This document shows, in pieces, positions 22,930 through 36,500 of a stretch of DNA of 64,000 nucleotides. The position numbers and the translations under genes are program-made. The notes beneath the pieces are model-generated. The model was not told where the DNA came from. It did no database searches and worked only from the letters and a program-made list of their open reading frames with translations. The stretch's first letter is position 1; every line of letters starts with the position of its first letter. This stretch comes from Selaginella moellendorffii (lineage: Eukaryota > Plantae > Lycopodiophyta), in contig NW_003314381.1 of assembly GCF_000143415.4 (NCBI RefSeq), positions 1 through 64,000 on the forward strand. Direction: 5' to 3'.

Positions 22930-25290
22930 TGCCACGACGGCAGGAGGTGGTTCCCTTTATAGTCTCCACCCAAGTTAGTTGAGAAACTGGTCAGCACATG
23001 TGCACTTAGACTAAAAGGGCACTAAGGAAGGAAATCTTAAGTTGTCATTAAGTCAAGCATACTTGACACGGTGACGATAAACTCATGTTGTTGGCTTGCA
23101 CTTGTTAGTGTTGGGAACCCCCTCGATATTGAATTTAGTCCTTCAATATTGTTATATGATAGCTTACCGTGTCTACCAAACACCCTCACTATCATACCTT
23201 TGTGTTAGTTTCATTTTGGTCCCAAATGCTATTTATGGAAAGTGTTTAGATTCACTCATTTAGCATATCTACAGAATGTAAAGATTGGCTTGAACACAAT
23301 AGTATTCTGTAAGCGACTTAATTTTCCATTCTACTTTAGTCATTTAACCACACCTTTGACCACTTAGAGGAGTCTCATTCACAACCTCCTTAAGTCCAAT
23401 TCAGGACTTGGGACTTGCTAGCCTCGAGGATGGCATCCATGCCAGTCATCCCTTGCACTTAGTCCAAGTGCTCCATGTGTCCGGTCCTAAAACTAACACC
23501 CAAAGGTACCACTGACATATCGGCCCGTTACGCTAAGGCCATGCCCATTCACCTTTGCCGCACTAGTGGTCCAATACCACTTGCATCACAATCCTGTCTC
23601 TCCAAGACTGAGCCATCCGTCCACGAGTGGTCAACCCAGATCCACTCCTTAGCATCCTTAGGATGCCTATAGACATGGGGAATAGCCTTCCCCAATATCC
23701 CTTTGTCAGTTCCTACCAAGTCCCTTTTCTGTCCATGGCTATATTTGCCAACACTGCCACTAGATCAAGGCCCACAGGCCCGACCACTAAGTCCCATGGT
23801 CCTCTGGGACTTCCTCACCATGTGACTGTATCCTTAATCACTACACTAGAGGACTGCTCCTCCTCCTTTCCCCCATTTGGGACTTTGGGACAACATTTCG
23901 AAACACCGTGGGCCTATGCGAGCCCTGTGGGTACTCTTCCCACATTCCACCTTTAGGTGCTCTAGCCATGGGCTTAGAGCGAGGTTCCGTTGAGCCATGC
24001 CTAGTATCCAAGTAGGTAGTGCCACCCACACTTGGACTGGGAGCATCAGCCAGTCGATCTCCTGGGGGAACTAGAGCCGGCTCTTGAACACTTCACCAAG
24101 CTACCCCGCTTGTCGGTCTGTATTCACTCTAGTCTTGGACTTCCCAGTGGGCAGCTCATCACCCAACACTGGGTCTGGCCTTCTTGGGCCAAACTAGCCT
24201 TTCCTGGCCAAACTGGCTCCACTGCAGTCCTCCCCCTTATTATACTTTTGGAGCTCACCAAACCCCCCAGGGTTTGGGAGACGAACGCTTTGGGCTTTCA
24301 CCCTCTCAGACTCGGACTTGGACTTGGACTCGGACTCAGACTCGGACTCGGACTCGGACTTGGACTCAGACTCGGGCTTGGGCTCAGTCTCGGCCTTGGC
24401 CTTGGTCTTGGTCTTGGTCCTGGTCTCGGTCTCGGTCTTGGTCTCGGTTTTGGTCCCGGTCTCGGTCCCGGTCTCAGTCTCGACCTCGGACTCCATCTTG
24501 GGTCCTTCTCGGACTCCATCTCGGATTCCATCTCGGGTCCATCTCGGACTCCATCTCGGACTCCGTCTCGATCCATCTCGGACTCCATCTTGGACTCCAC
24601 CTCGGACTCCTTCTTGGACTCCACCTCGGACTCCACATCGGACTCCATCTCGAACTCCAGCTCGGGTCCATCTTGGACTCTCCCACGTGTCATGTATTGG
24701 TCCTTTTGGGTCCCTTTTTGGAGCCTTGCTTATGGCTTGCTTCATATTTGTTCCTCGAGCACTTTGTTGTGAGTTCCACTCCCGCTCTCGACCTCTCAAG
24801 TCGGAGCTTTTAGTCCAAATGTGTTATGCTCGTTTGGCTTTCACTTCGGCCACTACCACGTGGCACCCTTCCGGCTCCACTTTGGGGCCTAGGGATTTTG
24901 TGTCTCACATATTCGACCCGTGTCCAAATTCGTAATCTAGGGACATTCCATATTTAATAAGTTTTAAGATTATCCCAGAGACTAAACTTCTAGTACTAAG
25001 GAAGGCTTAGGGTGAAATCCTAAAGCATGTGTTCCTCAAGGGGGGGGGGGGGGGGCAGGGGGGAGGGGGAGCTAGGGGGCTTATAGGGGGTTCCAAATGT
25101 ATAGTAGGGATAGTGGTTGGAATGTATGTTCGACCATTTGAGACATTAGTTTGGCTCTTGCTAGGCTGTGTCGCTCCATGTTCTACATCCGGCTTGGGTC
25201 TAAGCCTAAGCTCCATGCTGCTCTAGTCGGTGGGGTACCCTCCTCCTCGCATTAGGCCACCGATATACCAAAATTGTGTTAGACACCATC
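22930..25290. repeat. Copy of the 900-bp repeat family, split by a solo LTR
   Basis: 22930-23307 plus 24910-25290 align with 45025-45555 and 44400-44850. Confidence 0.8.
23308..24909 (-). mobile_element. Solo LTR (1.6 kb) with internal CTCGGA / GGACTCCATCTC minisatellite
   Basis: TGTAAGCG...TCTCACA termini; 5-bp TSD TATTC at 23303-23307 and 24910-24914; homologous to the LTRs at 30568 and 36558. Confidence 0.93.
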
Positions 25291-25367
25291 TGACACCATT
25301 TTGTGTGTAGGTGTTGGATACGGGGAGCTGGTGCTCGTGGGATTGTACCAGACCCTTGTTTCATAGC

Positions 25368-28300
25368 GCAACGGGCTTGGAGTTCAACTCCAAATTCAAA
25401 TGCGCTACATTTGTTATTAGAGGAATTGTCTTAGTGATTCCTATCCAACTTTTATCGGATTTTCTAACTCAAGTTGCATATGTAGAGACTTTTCTAGTAG
25501 ATTCGAAGTGACTTGTGTAGGATTAGTTGGATTGCACCATTTGGTAAGAACATTGTATATATGTTCAACTACTAATAGAAGCATGTATGTAGTTAGCAGG
25601 ATGGTGAAAAGGAAATGTACTGATGATGCTAAAACCTCTAGACGGGTAAATGGAGAGGAGGAAACTCCTGTTAGAGATGCTGTGGAAAAAGTTGAGGCTA
25701 AGTCAGAAGAGGAAAAGCCGGATGCTACAGTGCTACAGTGTACAGTTCAGGAAGTTAAGATTGAGAATTTGCGAAGGGAAGTTCGCAAATTGAAGAAGGA
25801 AAATAAAAAGAGGAAGAAAGAAGCTGAGGCTGCTAAACCAACTAAACCTAAACAATCGGACTCCTCTTCAAGTTCTGAGGACGATAAAGTTTTGCAACCA
25901 CCCCCGGTTGCATGAGTTTCAAAGTTCAAGCCCCCAAAACCACCCAATTTTAGAGGCGTGCGGGACTATCAGGTTTTGGAAAATTGGGTTTACGATATGG
26001 AAAACTATTTCATAGCGGCAAATGTAGATGATTGTACAAAAGTTGCATGCACGCAATCCTTTCTCACCGATCATACTAATACTTGGTGGCACCAGGTGTG
26101 TGCTGAAAAAAGGTAGACTAGAAGTTGGACCAAGATGTGGTCTTGTATCCATAAGGAATATTTGCTGGATGATCTTGGTCTGAGACTTTGCGTGAAGCTG
26201 CGGCAGTTAAAGCAGCGAGGGGACCTCATACATTACGTTAATGTGTTTGCTTAAAAGCGTATTATGATTGCAAATATGAGTGACGAAGATGCTCGGAGTT
26301 ATTTCCTAGAGGGCTTAAGTTCACTTTCTCGCAATAAGATTTTGAAGTTTAAGCTGAAGACGTACCTAGAGTGTAAGGAGGTAACACAACAAGTTGCCTT
26401 TAGCCATTCACTCATGGAACAATATCAGCAGCCATATGCTGGTACCTCGAACAAGAATAAGAATTCTAGGAATAAACAAGGTGATCGAAAATAGAGGGTG
26501 GAAGGTAGGTTTTGCCTTGGGGGCTCACAAGCAACAGTTAACAAAGGTTGTGGTAGTGGTTGGAAACCACCAGCAGTTTCTTCTAGTCCTAAGCCCTTTG
26601 TTCCTCCTCTTGATGGGTACAAGCAGCAACAACTTATGAAACTTGCTCCTAGCGGAATGGGTAGTGTGGGTCATTGCTTCCATTGTGGAGAGTCAGGACA
26701 TAGGTCCTTGGAATGTCCCAACAAGCATAAGATAAAGTCTCATGTTAATATCATGAGGGAAAACAGTGGTGGTGAAGTTGAAGGGGTTGATGAGTTGGTC
26801 AATGCAAACTATGAGGAAGAGGAGGTGAGTTACTTTGTTGCTTTCCTTAAGTTTTTCTCACAGTCAATGCAAACACTAATCCGTTGATATATCTGGTAGG
26901 CTTTATTTGTGGAAACCGAATCCGAGTGATAATTAACACGAGAGCTACACATAGCATGATATCTGAAGACTTAGTTAAGTTGTTAGGATTGAATGCTGAG
27001 CAGATGTCACCTATGCACTTCCGGTTTGCAGAAGGTGGGCAAGTAGTCAGAAAATTTTTAAGTGATGTTCCAATAAAAATATCCAAGTGGAAAGAAAGAG
27101 TGGACTTGATAGTGTTGAAGATACTAGATTTTCAAATGGTGTTTGGTATGGATTTCTTCAACAGATATATAAAAGGGATTTACGGTGCTGGACAAAGTTG
27201 CATCATATTGAAGTCAGAAGGACATCCCTATGTGTCCTTCCAGTTGCAAAAGTGTTCCTCAAAGAATTGGGATGCTAAGTTCCTGACTGTGAGAGTTGCT
27301 CAAAAAGCAACTAAAAAGGGATGTTGGACCTTTTAGGTTCAAGTGATGGAAACTGATGGTGTTGGTGACTCAGTTCGAATTGGTGATGGGGTTGATCCTG
27401 TACCAAAGAAGATATTGAAGAGTTGTTGGCAAGGAATCAGGATATCTTTCCAAAGGATTTGCCACCAGGGCTAACTCCTATCCATGAGGTTGATCATTAG
27501 ATTGAGGTCATTCTAGGTTCTACACCACCTAAAAAGGCTCTGTATCATCTGAACATCAAGGAGATGGAGCATTGGTCCTTTTTGTTATGAAAAAGGATGG
27601 AACCACGAGGATGTGTATTGACTATCAGGCACTCAATAAAATCAAGGTCAAAAACAATTATCCTTTGCCCCGCATTAATGACTTGTTTGACCAACTCTTA
27701 AAGGCTAAGTATTTTAGGCGGCTTAATTTGTAGTCCAGGTATCATCAGATACGGGTAGCAGATCAGGATGTGAAGAAGACAGCCTCTAAGACTCAATATG
27801 GATCTTAGGAGTTCTTTGTCATACCGTTTGGGTTATGCAATGCTTCGGCAATGTTCAACACTATGATGGATAGAATATTCGGAGATTATTTGGACACATT
27901 TGTTGTCCTATACATCGACAATGTTGTAGTCTTCAGCAAAATGTTGGAGGATCATTTGAAACACTTGGAGCTAGTGTTTCAAAAGTTGTGCGAACATAAA
28001 CTGTATGCTAAGGAAAGTAAATGTGCTTTTAGACAATTGCATTTAAAATTTCTCGAACATATAGTTGGTGGTGGCACAATTGAGGTAAATCCAAAGAAGG
28101 TGGAAGTGGTGAAGTCTTGGGAAGTTCCGACCACTATATTAAATGTTCGTTCCTTTCTCGGTTTAGTAGGATACTATTGCAAATTTGTCCTCAATTTTGC
28201 AAGAATTGCTCTTCTGTTGACTGAGTTGACAAAGAGTAGTATACTATTTCATTGGACACTAGCTTGTCAATGTACTTTTGTACAATTGAAGGAGATCTTG

Positions 28301-30050
28301 ACTATGGTTCTTGTTTTTAGGATCCCGAATCTTGATAAACACTTCGAAGTGCATTGGGATACATCTGGCTATGCTATTGGTGCCGTGTTACAGCAAGATT
28401 GTGATAAAGTGATTAATGTTATGCTTGGTTGTCCCGTTATGTTCTATTCCAAGAAATTGGATGAAACCCAACAAAGATGGCCAATGCATGAGAAAGAGAT
28501 GTTTGTTATAGTGTCGACTCTGGAACACTAAAGACACTACTTAGGTGGACACACCAAGGTTTATACAGATAGTAACACACTAAGCTACTTTGCTACGTAG
28601 CCTAAGTTTATGCCAAAGCAGGCTCGTTGGTAAGAGAAGCTTGTTAAATATGATATTGAAATCATATATAAACCTGGTAAAGACAATATTATTCCAGATA
28701 CATTGAGTCGTCATGCTTAGGTTCGGGCAATATCGGCAATCAGTTTGGACTAGTTGGAGGATGTTCGGGTTTCATATGGAAGTGATCCATTGGCGAAGGC
28801 AATCTTACACCGTGCAGAGTTGTCAAAGCAAAAACCTGGTAGCGAAGCGGCGAAAGTTGCTAGTCAAACCAATGCGAAGCTTCACTTCTCAACTCAGGAT
28901 GGGCTTATATTTTATAAGCAAGAAATATTGTATCTTCCCTCTAAGGATCTACAGTAGTTGTTTCTACGGGAACATCATGATGTTCTGGCAGCAGGACATG
29001 GTGGAAAACGCAAGACTCTTGCTTCATTGAAAAAGAGATTTTTCTGGTTTGGTATGGAAGGTGATGTTGTAGTGTGTTGGTCCCGGCTATTGAGACTTAT
29101 GTGGAGCAATTACGCCAAGGTTGGTCTAGAGTTGCTAAGGCGATGGGCAAAGCTCAAGATAGGTATCGATATGATAAGGATTAGCATTGTCGTGATGTAT
29201 CCTATCAAGTGGGAGATTAGGTGTGGCTATCTTCCTAGAACTTGAGCATTAAAGGATCTTTGTCTTGGAAGCTATTACCAAGATATGTTGGACCCTATCG
29301 GGTGTTGAAACAATTTGGTGATGTATCCTACTAGTTGGATATTCCACACAAGATGTCCAAACTTCATGATGTGTTTCATGTCAGTTTACTGGCCCCATAT
29401 CATGAGGATCCTGGCCACTCAAGGGATGTTCGTCCAGCTCCGGATGTTATTGATGGTGAACCGGAGTATGAGGTTGAGGCTATTCTTTTGTCTTGTAAGG
29501 CACGTGGTGGTCGAAGGAAAGAATATTTAATTAAGTGGAAAGGTTACTCATCTTGTGAATCAACTTGGGAACCTCTTAGGAATCTTACACATGCTCGTGA
29601 GCTTGTCACGGAGTATGAGAATCGTAATAAAGACTAGCTTTTGTAAATCTTGTAATAAATCTTGCAAATCAATAAAGTAATATATTTCTATAAATCAAAG
29701 TTTCATTGCTCTTGTTCATTGGTACTTGGGTCAATTATGGTAGGCTGACTTTGGCACTTCAGTGCATGGGTTCAATCCATAACCATGGGGATAGCTATTA
29801 TAGACTGATCACAAATCCTTGCCTCTCTCTCGATGATTCATTTTTGCAAAGGGGCATGGTCGTGTAAACAACTTAATCTACCAGTTTATAATAGTTGTCT
29901 AAATCTTCCCGACGGGGTTGATTTCTTGCTCAGGGGAAGTTGGGCCTCTGGCCTTCTCCCTATGTCCCTGCGGGTAGGGATGTATCATTCCTTTGTAAGT
30001 CGAGTGGTGCAACGGGCTTGGAGTTCAGCTCCAAATTCAAGTGTGCTACA
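25368..30050 (+). mobile_element. Degenerate chromovirus (Ty3/gypsy) with deleted integrase core
   Basis: Truncated 5' LTR ending 25409 plus decayed PBS; gag CFHCGESGHRSLEC; PR; RT YIDN; RNase H; HH zinc finger jumps at about 29070 to the INT C-terminus; chromodomain EYEVEAIL...YLIKWKGY...TWEP; PPT; 3' LTR 29863-30050. Confidence 0.88.
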
Positions 30051-30567
30051 CTTTGTTTCATATCACTTTGTTTTCTATACTGCAGTGCATTGCTAGGTGT
30101 GCACTAGTAAATCCTAATCATGGTTTTGTTAAGCTCATTATTTCATTTGTAACATCAACCATCCATCCTAAAGATTGATTGTGAGCATAAAATTCTCAAG
30201 GACTTAAAATCATAGATGCAATAATCCTCAAAGAGCCATATACAAGATAAATGAGCATGAAAGATCAACTATATATCAATGCAATTCCAGTAAACTTCAA
30301 GTAATAGACAATATATCACTCAAATCTAATCTAAGGATACCAATGATCAATTGGTTATCAAGAGACACAATAGGTGATGATCCTAACAGTGTTGGGGCTC
30401 CATCCAAAAATATGTCACCATCATTGGAAAAAAAAACACTTAGAAGAACAAAACTAAATCAAAACAAATTATGGAATGGAAGCATCAAAAGTAGTAACAC
30501 CTCAAGTGTGAGCCATTTTGCAGATCATGAGTAGCCAGTCCAAAAGAGTGTTTATGAAGCAACCAAG

Positions 30568-33500
30568 TGTAAGCGACTAATTTTTCCATTCTACTTTAGT
30601 CACTTAACCACACCTTCGACCGCTTGGAGGAGTCTCATTCACAACCTCCTTAAGTCCAATTCAGGACTTGGGACTTGCTAGCCCAAGAATGGCATCCATG
30701 CCACTCATCGCTTGCACTTAGTCCAAGTGCTCCACGTGTCCGGTCCCAAGACCGACACCCAAAGGCACCACCGACATAGCAACCTATTACGCTAAGGCCA
30801 TGCCTATTCACCTTGGTCACACCGGTGGTCCGACACCACCTCCATCACAGTCCTATCTCTCAAGGATTGGGCCGTTTGTTCATGAGTGATCATCCCAGAT
30901 CCACTCCTTAGAATCCTTAGGATGCCCATAGACATGGGGAATAGCCTTCCCCAATATCCCCTTTCTGGTCTCCACCAAGTCCCTTTTTACCCATGGCCGT
31001 GTTTGCCAACACTGCCATTGGATCAAGGCTCATAGGCCTGACCACTAAGTCCCACAGTCCTCTGGGACTTCCTCACCACTCGACTGTATCCTTGGTCACT
31101 ACACCAGAGGACTACTCCTCTTCCTTTCTACAGTCTGGGCCCTTAGGGAAACATTTCGGAACACCGTGGCCCTACGCGGGCCTCATGGGTACTCTCCCTG
31201 CCTTCCGCCTTTGGGTGCTCTAGCCATGGGCTTAGAGCGAGGTTCCGTTGAGCCATGCTAGGTATCCAAGTAGGTAGTACCACCCACACTTGGACTGGGA
31301 GCATCGACCAGTCGATCTCCCGAGGGAACTAGAGCCAGCTCTTGGACATTTCACCAAGCTACCCCATTTGTCAGTCCGTATTCACTCTAGTCTTGGACCT
31401 TTCCTGGGCCAAATTGGCCTTTCCTGGCCAAACTGGCTCCACTGGGCTCCAACCCCCACACTCTCCCTACTATACTTTTGGAACCCCCCGCAGCCCCCCC
31501 CCCCCGGGGGACGATTGCTTTGGGCTTTCACCCAACTGCCTGTATTAGTATTCGGACTCGGACTCGGACTCGGACTTTCCTGGCCAAACTGGCTCCACTG
31601 CAGTCCTCCCCCTTACTATACTTTTGGAGCTCACCAAACCCCCCAGGGTCTGGGAGACGAACGCTTTGGGCTTTCACCCTCTCAGACTCGAACTCGGACT
31701 CGAACTCGGACTCGGACTCGGACTTGGACTCGGACTCGGACTCGGACTCGGGCTCGGGCTTGGGCTCGGTCTCAGCCTTGGCCTCGGTCTCGGTCTCGGT
31801 CCTGGTCTCGGTCCCGGTCTCGGTCTCGGTCTCAGTCCCGGTCTCGGTCTCGACCTCGGACTCCATCTCGGGTCCTTCTCGGACTCCATCTCGGATTCCG
31901 TCTCAGTCCACCTCGGACTCCATCTCGGACTCCATCTTGGGTCCATCTCGGACTCCATCTCGGACTCCATCTCGAACTCCATCTCGGGTCCATCTCGAAC
32001 TCCGTCTCGGTCCACCTCGGACTCCATCTTGGACTCCATCTCGGGTCCATCTCAAACTCCATCTCGGACTCCATCTCAGGTCCATCTCGGACTCCATCTC
32101 GGTCCACCTCGGACTCCACTTCGGGTCCATCTCGGACTCCATATCGGACTCCATCTCGGACTCCACTTCGGACTCCATATCGGACTCCACTTCGGGTCCA
32201 TCTCGGACTCCAACTAGGGTCCGTCTTGGACTCCATCTTGGACACTTCCACGTGTCATGTGTTGGTCCTTTTTGGGTCCCTTTTTGGAGCCTTGCTTATT
32301 GCTCGCTTCGTGCTCGCTCCTTGAGCACTTTGTTGGGAGTTCCACTCCCGCTCTCGACCTTCCAAATCAGAGCTTTTAGTCCAAACGTGTTACACTTGTT
32401 TGGGCTTTCGCTTCGACCACTACCACGTGGCACCCTTTCCGGCTCCACTTTGGGGCTTAGGGATTTTGTGTCTCACAACTCCACCACCCATAGACGAAGT
32501 TCGATGTCCTCATCGAACGGTAAACCATTTTATAAAGTAACACCCGCATGTGTTACCATTTCCATCCTTGGCACTTAGCCAATATTTGTCAATGGTTTGA
32601 CATTGAAGGCTCACCATGCCTTCTCCATATTCGTCACACCATGCGTTGCCCATCCTCTAAGGAGGATAGTCTCTCCAACTTAGAGACTCACTTGACCACC
32701 TAGGGTGGTTTGCTCCTTTTTATTGGTTTAGTTCTCGCTAAACCCGTTAGAGACACCCTCTCTAACTCAATTCCACTACTCATTCTTGAGTAGTCACAGA
32801 TTCCATTGATCTACCTTTGCACTTTGGAACGTTTACTTTTGACTTCTTGAAGTCAATTTCCTAGGTGTCTCCGACACCTTGCCTTGCACATTTTGTGCAA
32901 CTCCACTTCCCCTCCTAGGAAGTTCTCTACTCGAGGGCACCCTCATCCTCTTTTCTATTTTTGTGCCCCCATTGGCATTACGTTCCATTTATCATTATTT
33001 GTGCTAGGGCTGTCCACGGCCCTATCTTTTGGCTACTTAGTTGCTCCTTCACTGGGAGCCTTTCCTTTGCCAAATTGGAGCACTTGGGAATCCATCCTTG
33101 GAAGTCCACTTCTTTTTCCGCAATCCGTTAGCATCAAACACATTAGTGTTCCTTGGCTAACTTTGCCACTTGGATTCTTTCCAATGGATTCCACGGCCCT
33201 ATCTTGGGCACTCGTCTTTTGCTCCTATCCTTGGATTGTTGCAACAAGCAACATAGGATCATTACCTCCCTCCTTGAGGTATTCTTTTGGTTCCATAGCA
33301 AAGGATCTGCTCTGCCCAGACTAGAGTGTTCACCCCTAGTAAGTCTCCCCAACTGTTCTAGGCTCTCTTCCTAGCCCAACCTTGTGACCCACTCATGAGC
33401 CTGTCTCTAGAGACTATTTTCTTGAACTCATAATACCATTGTATTGTAGTAGTTCATTTCCCTTAGGTGTCCTTCCCACTTAGTCACCTTGACCAAGCCA

Positions 33501-36500
33501 CACCTTTATCAATAGTTCAAATCAACACTTTGAACTAGGAATCATATTCCTTAACCCAAACAAAGACTTTATCCTTGTTTAGCCATAAAATCACCTAGTG
33601 ATCTCATCTTGACCCCTTAATAGGTCTACCAATAGGAATTAGGTCTTCCAGACCTTACTAAGTTGTTGACTATGACCTCGGGGGCATCCCCCACACTTGG
33701 TGGTGTGCCCAAGCTAGCCCTTCCGACCAAGGATCCATAGCAACTGAGACTGGGTGTCCCCATCTCATTCACCACGTCCTTGGTACCTTTTGCACCAAAG
33801 TGTTCAAGTTAGATATGCCGAGCTTTCACTCTAAGCAATCTAATCATGCATTACGACTCCGGGGCATCCCCCGCTTGGCAGTGTGCCCAAGCCAATCTCC
33901 TCATTGAGAGTCCATGACCACCGAAATATGAGTGTCCTCATATTCCAAACTATCACCACGCCCTAGTGATTTGGGACTCAAACCCAAGCACTAGAGGGTC
34001 GGGACTCGAACCCAACCTCCTTATATGCATCTACGGACGACATCCCCCAGGATGCCTAGCGTGACTCTCCACGCCGGTGCACCAACTTTTACTTAAAGCG
34101 CGCTACAGATCACAGCTTAGGAACCTAGTTCCTCCACACTGCCAAGTCCTCTCACTTGACAAGTCCGTGATCATGCATGGACTCCTCCATGCTTGGCCTC
34201 ATGGCCCACCCTTTTTGAAGTAATCACCTTCAACTAGGGTATTCGTTCCCCCGACTTGCTAATCTCGCTTGGCAAGTCCTCCGACCGCTGTAACATGGTT
34301 CTTGCATAAGCGTGAAAGTCCTTGACCATCGACTTTCGTTCAAAGCCCTCTTTTTGAACACTTGGGAACTACTTCCCTAACCTTGATAGCCTTGCCTCAT
34401 GGCAAGCTTCAAGACCACGTTTTTGTTGTGCCACTCTAATTTCACGCGTTCCATGAACCATTTACACTTGGCCTTTCTAGGTACTAAGCTACCTAGAATC
34501 ATCTTTGGGAACCTTGAAAGAACTCTGTCCCTTAGCTTGCTAAGGCCTCCCTTTTCGCAAGCTTTATAGTTGCCATATAGTCTAACATGGACAATTCCAT
34601 ATTTTAGACTCTCCATGGCATCACGGTTACTAGCAACAACATCCTCGAGCACCCTCTTGATTCTCCACTCCCAACTTGCATAACCACCGTTGGATATGCC
34701 CTTCGATTTCTATGGTTCGGTTCCATCCCAATACTAGTTGCCTTTTGGCCCCATATATTTCCTTTGGTTATTCTCCTCCAAACTAAGAGGATAGCTTTGC
34801 ACTTTCTATCATGCCTTAGAAAGTATTCTTAGGGATGAATCTACCCGATATCCTAGGGAGTGGTTCCTCAATCCAGGTATGCTCACCTTATAATCCCCAC
34901 ACACCGGGATTAACGTTGTTGCTTATGCCCATCACTAGCCTTGCCAAAATTCAATCTTTGGCTTTGTCCAATTTGGGTAGACGGTCTTCTCCTGTCTCCA
35001 CAACCTTGGACATTTGGATAGCACCTTCTATCCATCATTCGTTAGGGACTTAGTCCCTTGGGCCTTATCTATTGCCCTCGCGACATCAAACACCACCTCC
35101 CGATGTCCTAGAGTGTTTTGGTGTCCCAAATGATGGTCTGTTTAACAATGAGCATTCCTTTTTTATAACATTAACTTATTATATCGCAACATAAGCAATT
35201 TATCCCTCATAAGGGTATATCTAACTTCTTTATGCCATTAAGAAGTCTTGGGTAGCTACCTTCTACTAGTTTGACTAATTATCTTGCACCTTTTGCTTAG
35301 TTGCCTCATAATTGTCAAGTCCTACAACTCATTGTTGGTGCTTCCACACTTCCATCATTGTTTTGGTCACCACACTCTACCACATGCCTTCCAGCTTAGG
35401 CTATGCCATCCCCATTTCCGTTGGGATCCCCTTTGGCAAGGGGTTCTTATGAACCCACCAACATAACCTCAAGGTATCACACCTTGGCACATTTAGTGTC
35501 TCCACACCATTGGCCCCACGAGCCTATCCTTATGACACTACTTATTAGTGTCTAGGTCTTTGCCAAGACCAATATAGTTGTGCCTCATGCTAACTATTCG
35601 TTAGCACCGCACCATAATGTTTGTCCCCAACTCTGGGCCAAAGTTGCTTTCTTCTAGGAACATCTTTCCCACAACTTTAGTATGACACATTCTACCATCA
35701 ATGAGATATCTTCTGTTCTCATACTTGGATCTTATAATCCTCCCCATACCTCATGGGGCAGCATACACCTCAATCTAAATGTTTCAACCAATCCCTTAGG
35801 ACCATTCCTTGACCCCACTTGAGTCATCCAGCATTTTTGGACTTCGCTAAACCAACGACCCATAAGGTCCTATTTTTGAGGTGCCAGCTCACTCGAATAC
35901 AACTTCATGTATTCATGTCCTACTCATAAGGAACACCTTGCAAGTGTTACTCCAACACTTCATTATTTCCTGTTCTCTGTGGGCTGCCTTTTGCCCCTTA
36001 GCACTATCCGTCCTCATGATGAGAATCCTGACTCATTCTTTGAGCACACCCCCAACTCCTTGGGTTCGTTTCAGCATTTATAAAAGGTAGCCCTTGCTAC
36101 CATTTCGAGGGCTCTTGCCCTCATCCTTACTTGACCTCTCATGGTCATCAATTCCGGTCTCAAATTCATGAGCACCAACCTCAACTATGTGCCGATTATC
36201 TTGTGACTCCTTTATTGTTTTGGAGTCTGCATCTTTCCTGTGATCCCAACTATAGTTGTTTACCACAACTACCTTAGCTAGTTTGCTGAGTCAAACCCTC
36301 ATCCGGATCACATCCTCAACTCTTTGAGGGAAACCTTGTACCATTCCCAAGATCCCGAAGTCGTTCCCTTACTGGCCCTTTTCCATCCACCACATCGCGC
36401 ACAAGTTCACACATGAACTTGAACGAAGAGCCATGTCCTCTCAGCATGCTACTCCTCGAGGATAGGTCTATATCTAGGACCTTCCAATTCCAATACAAGT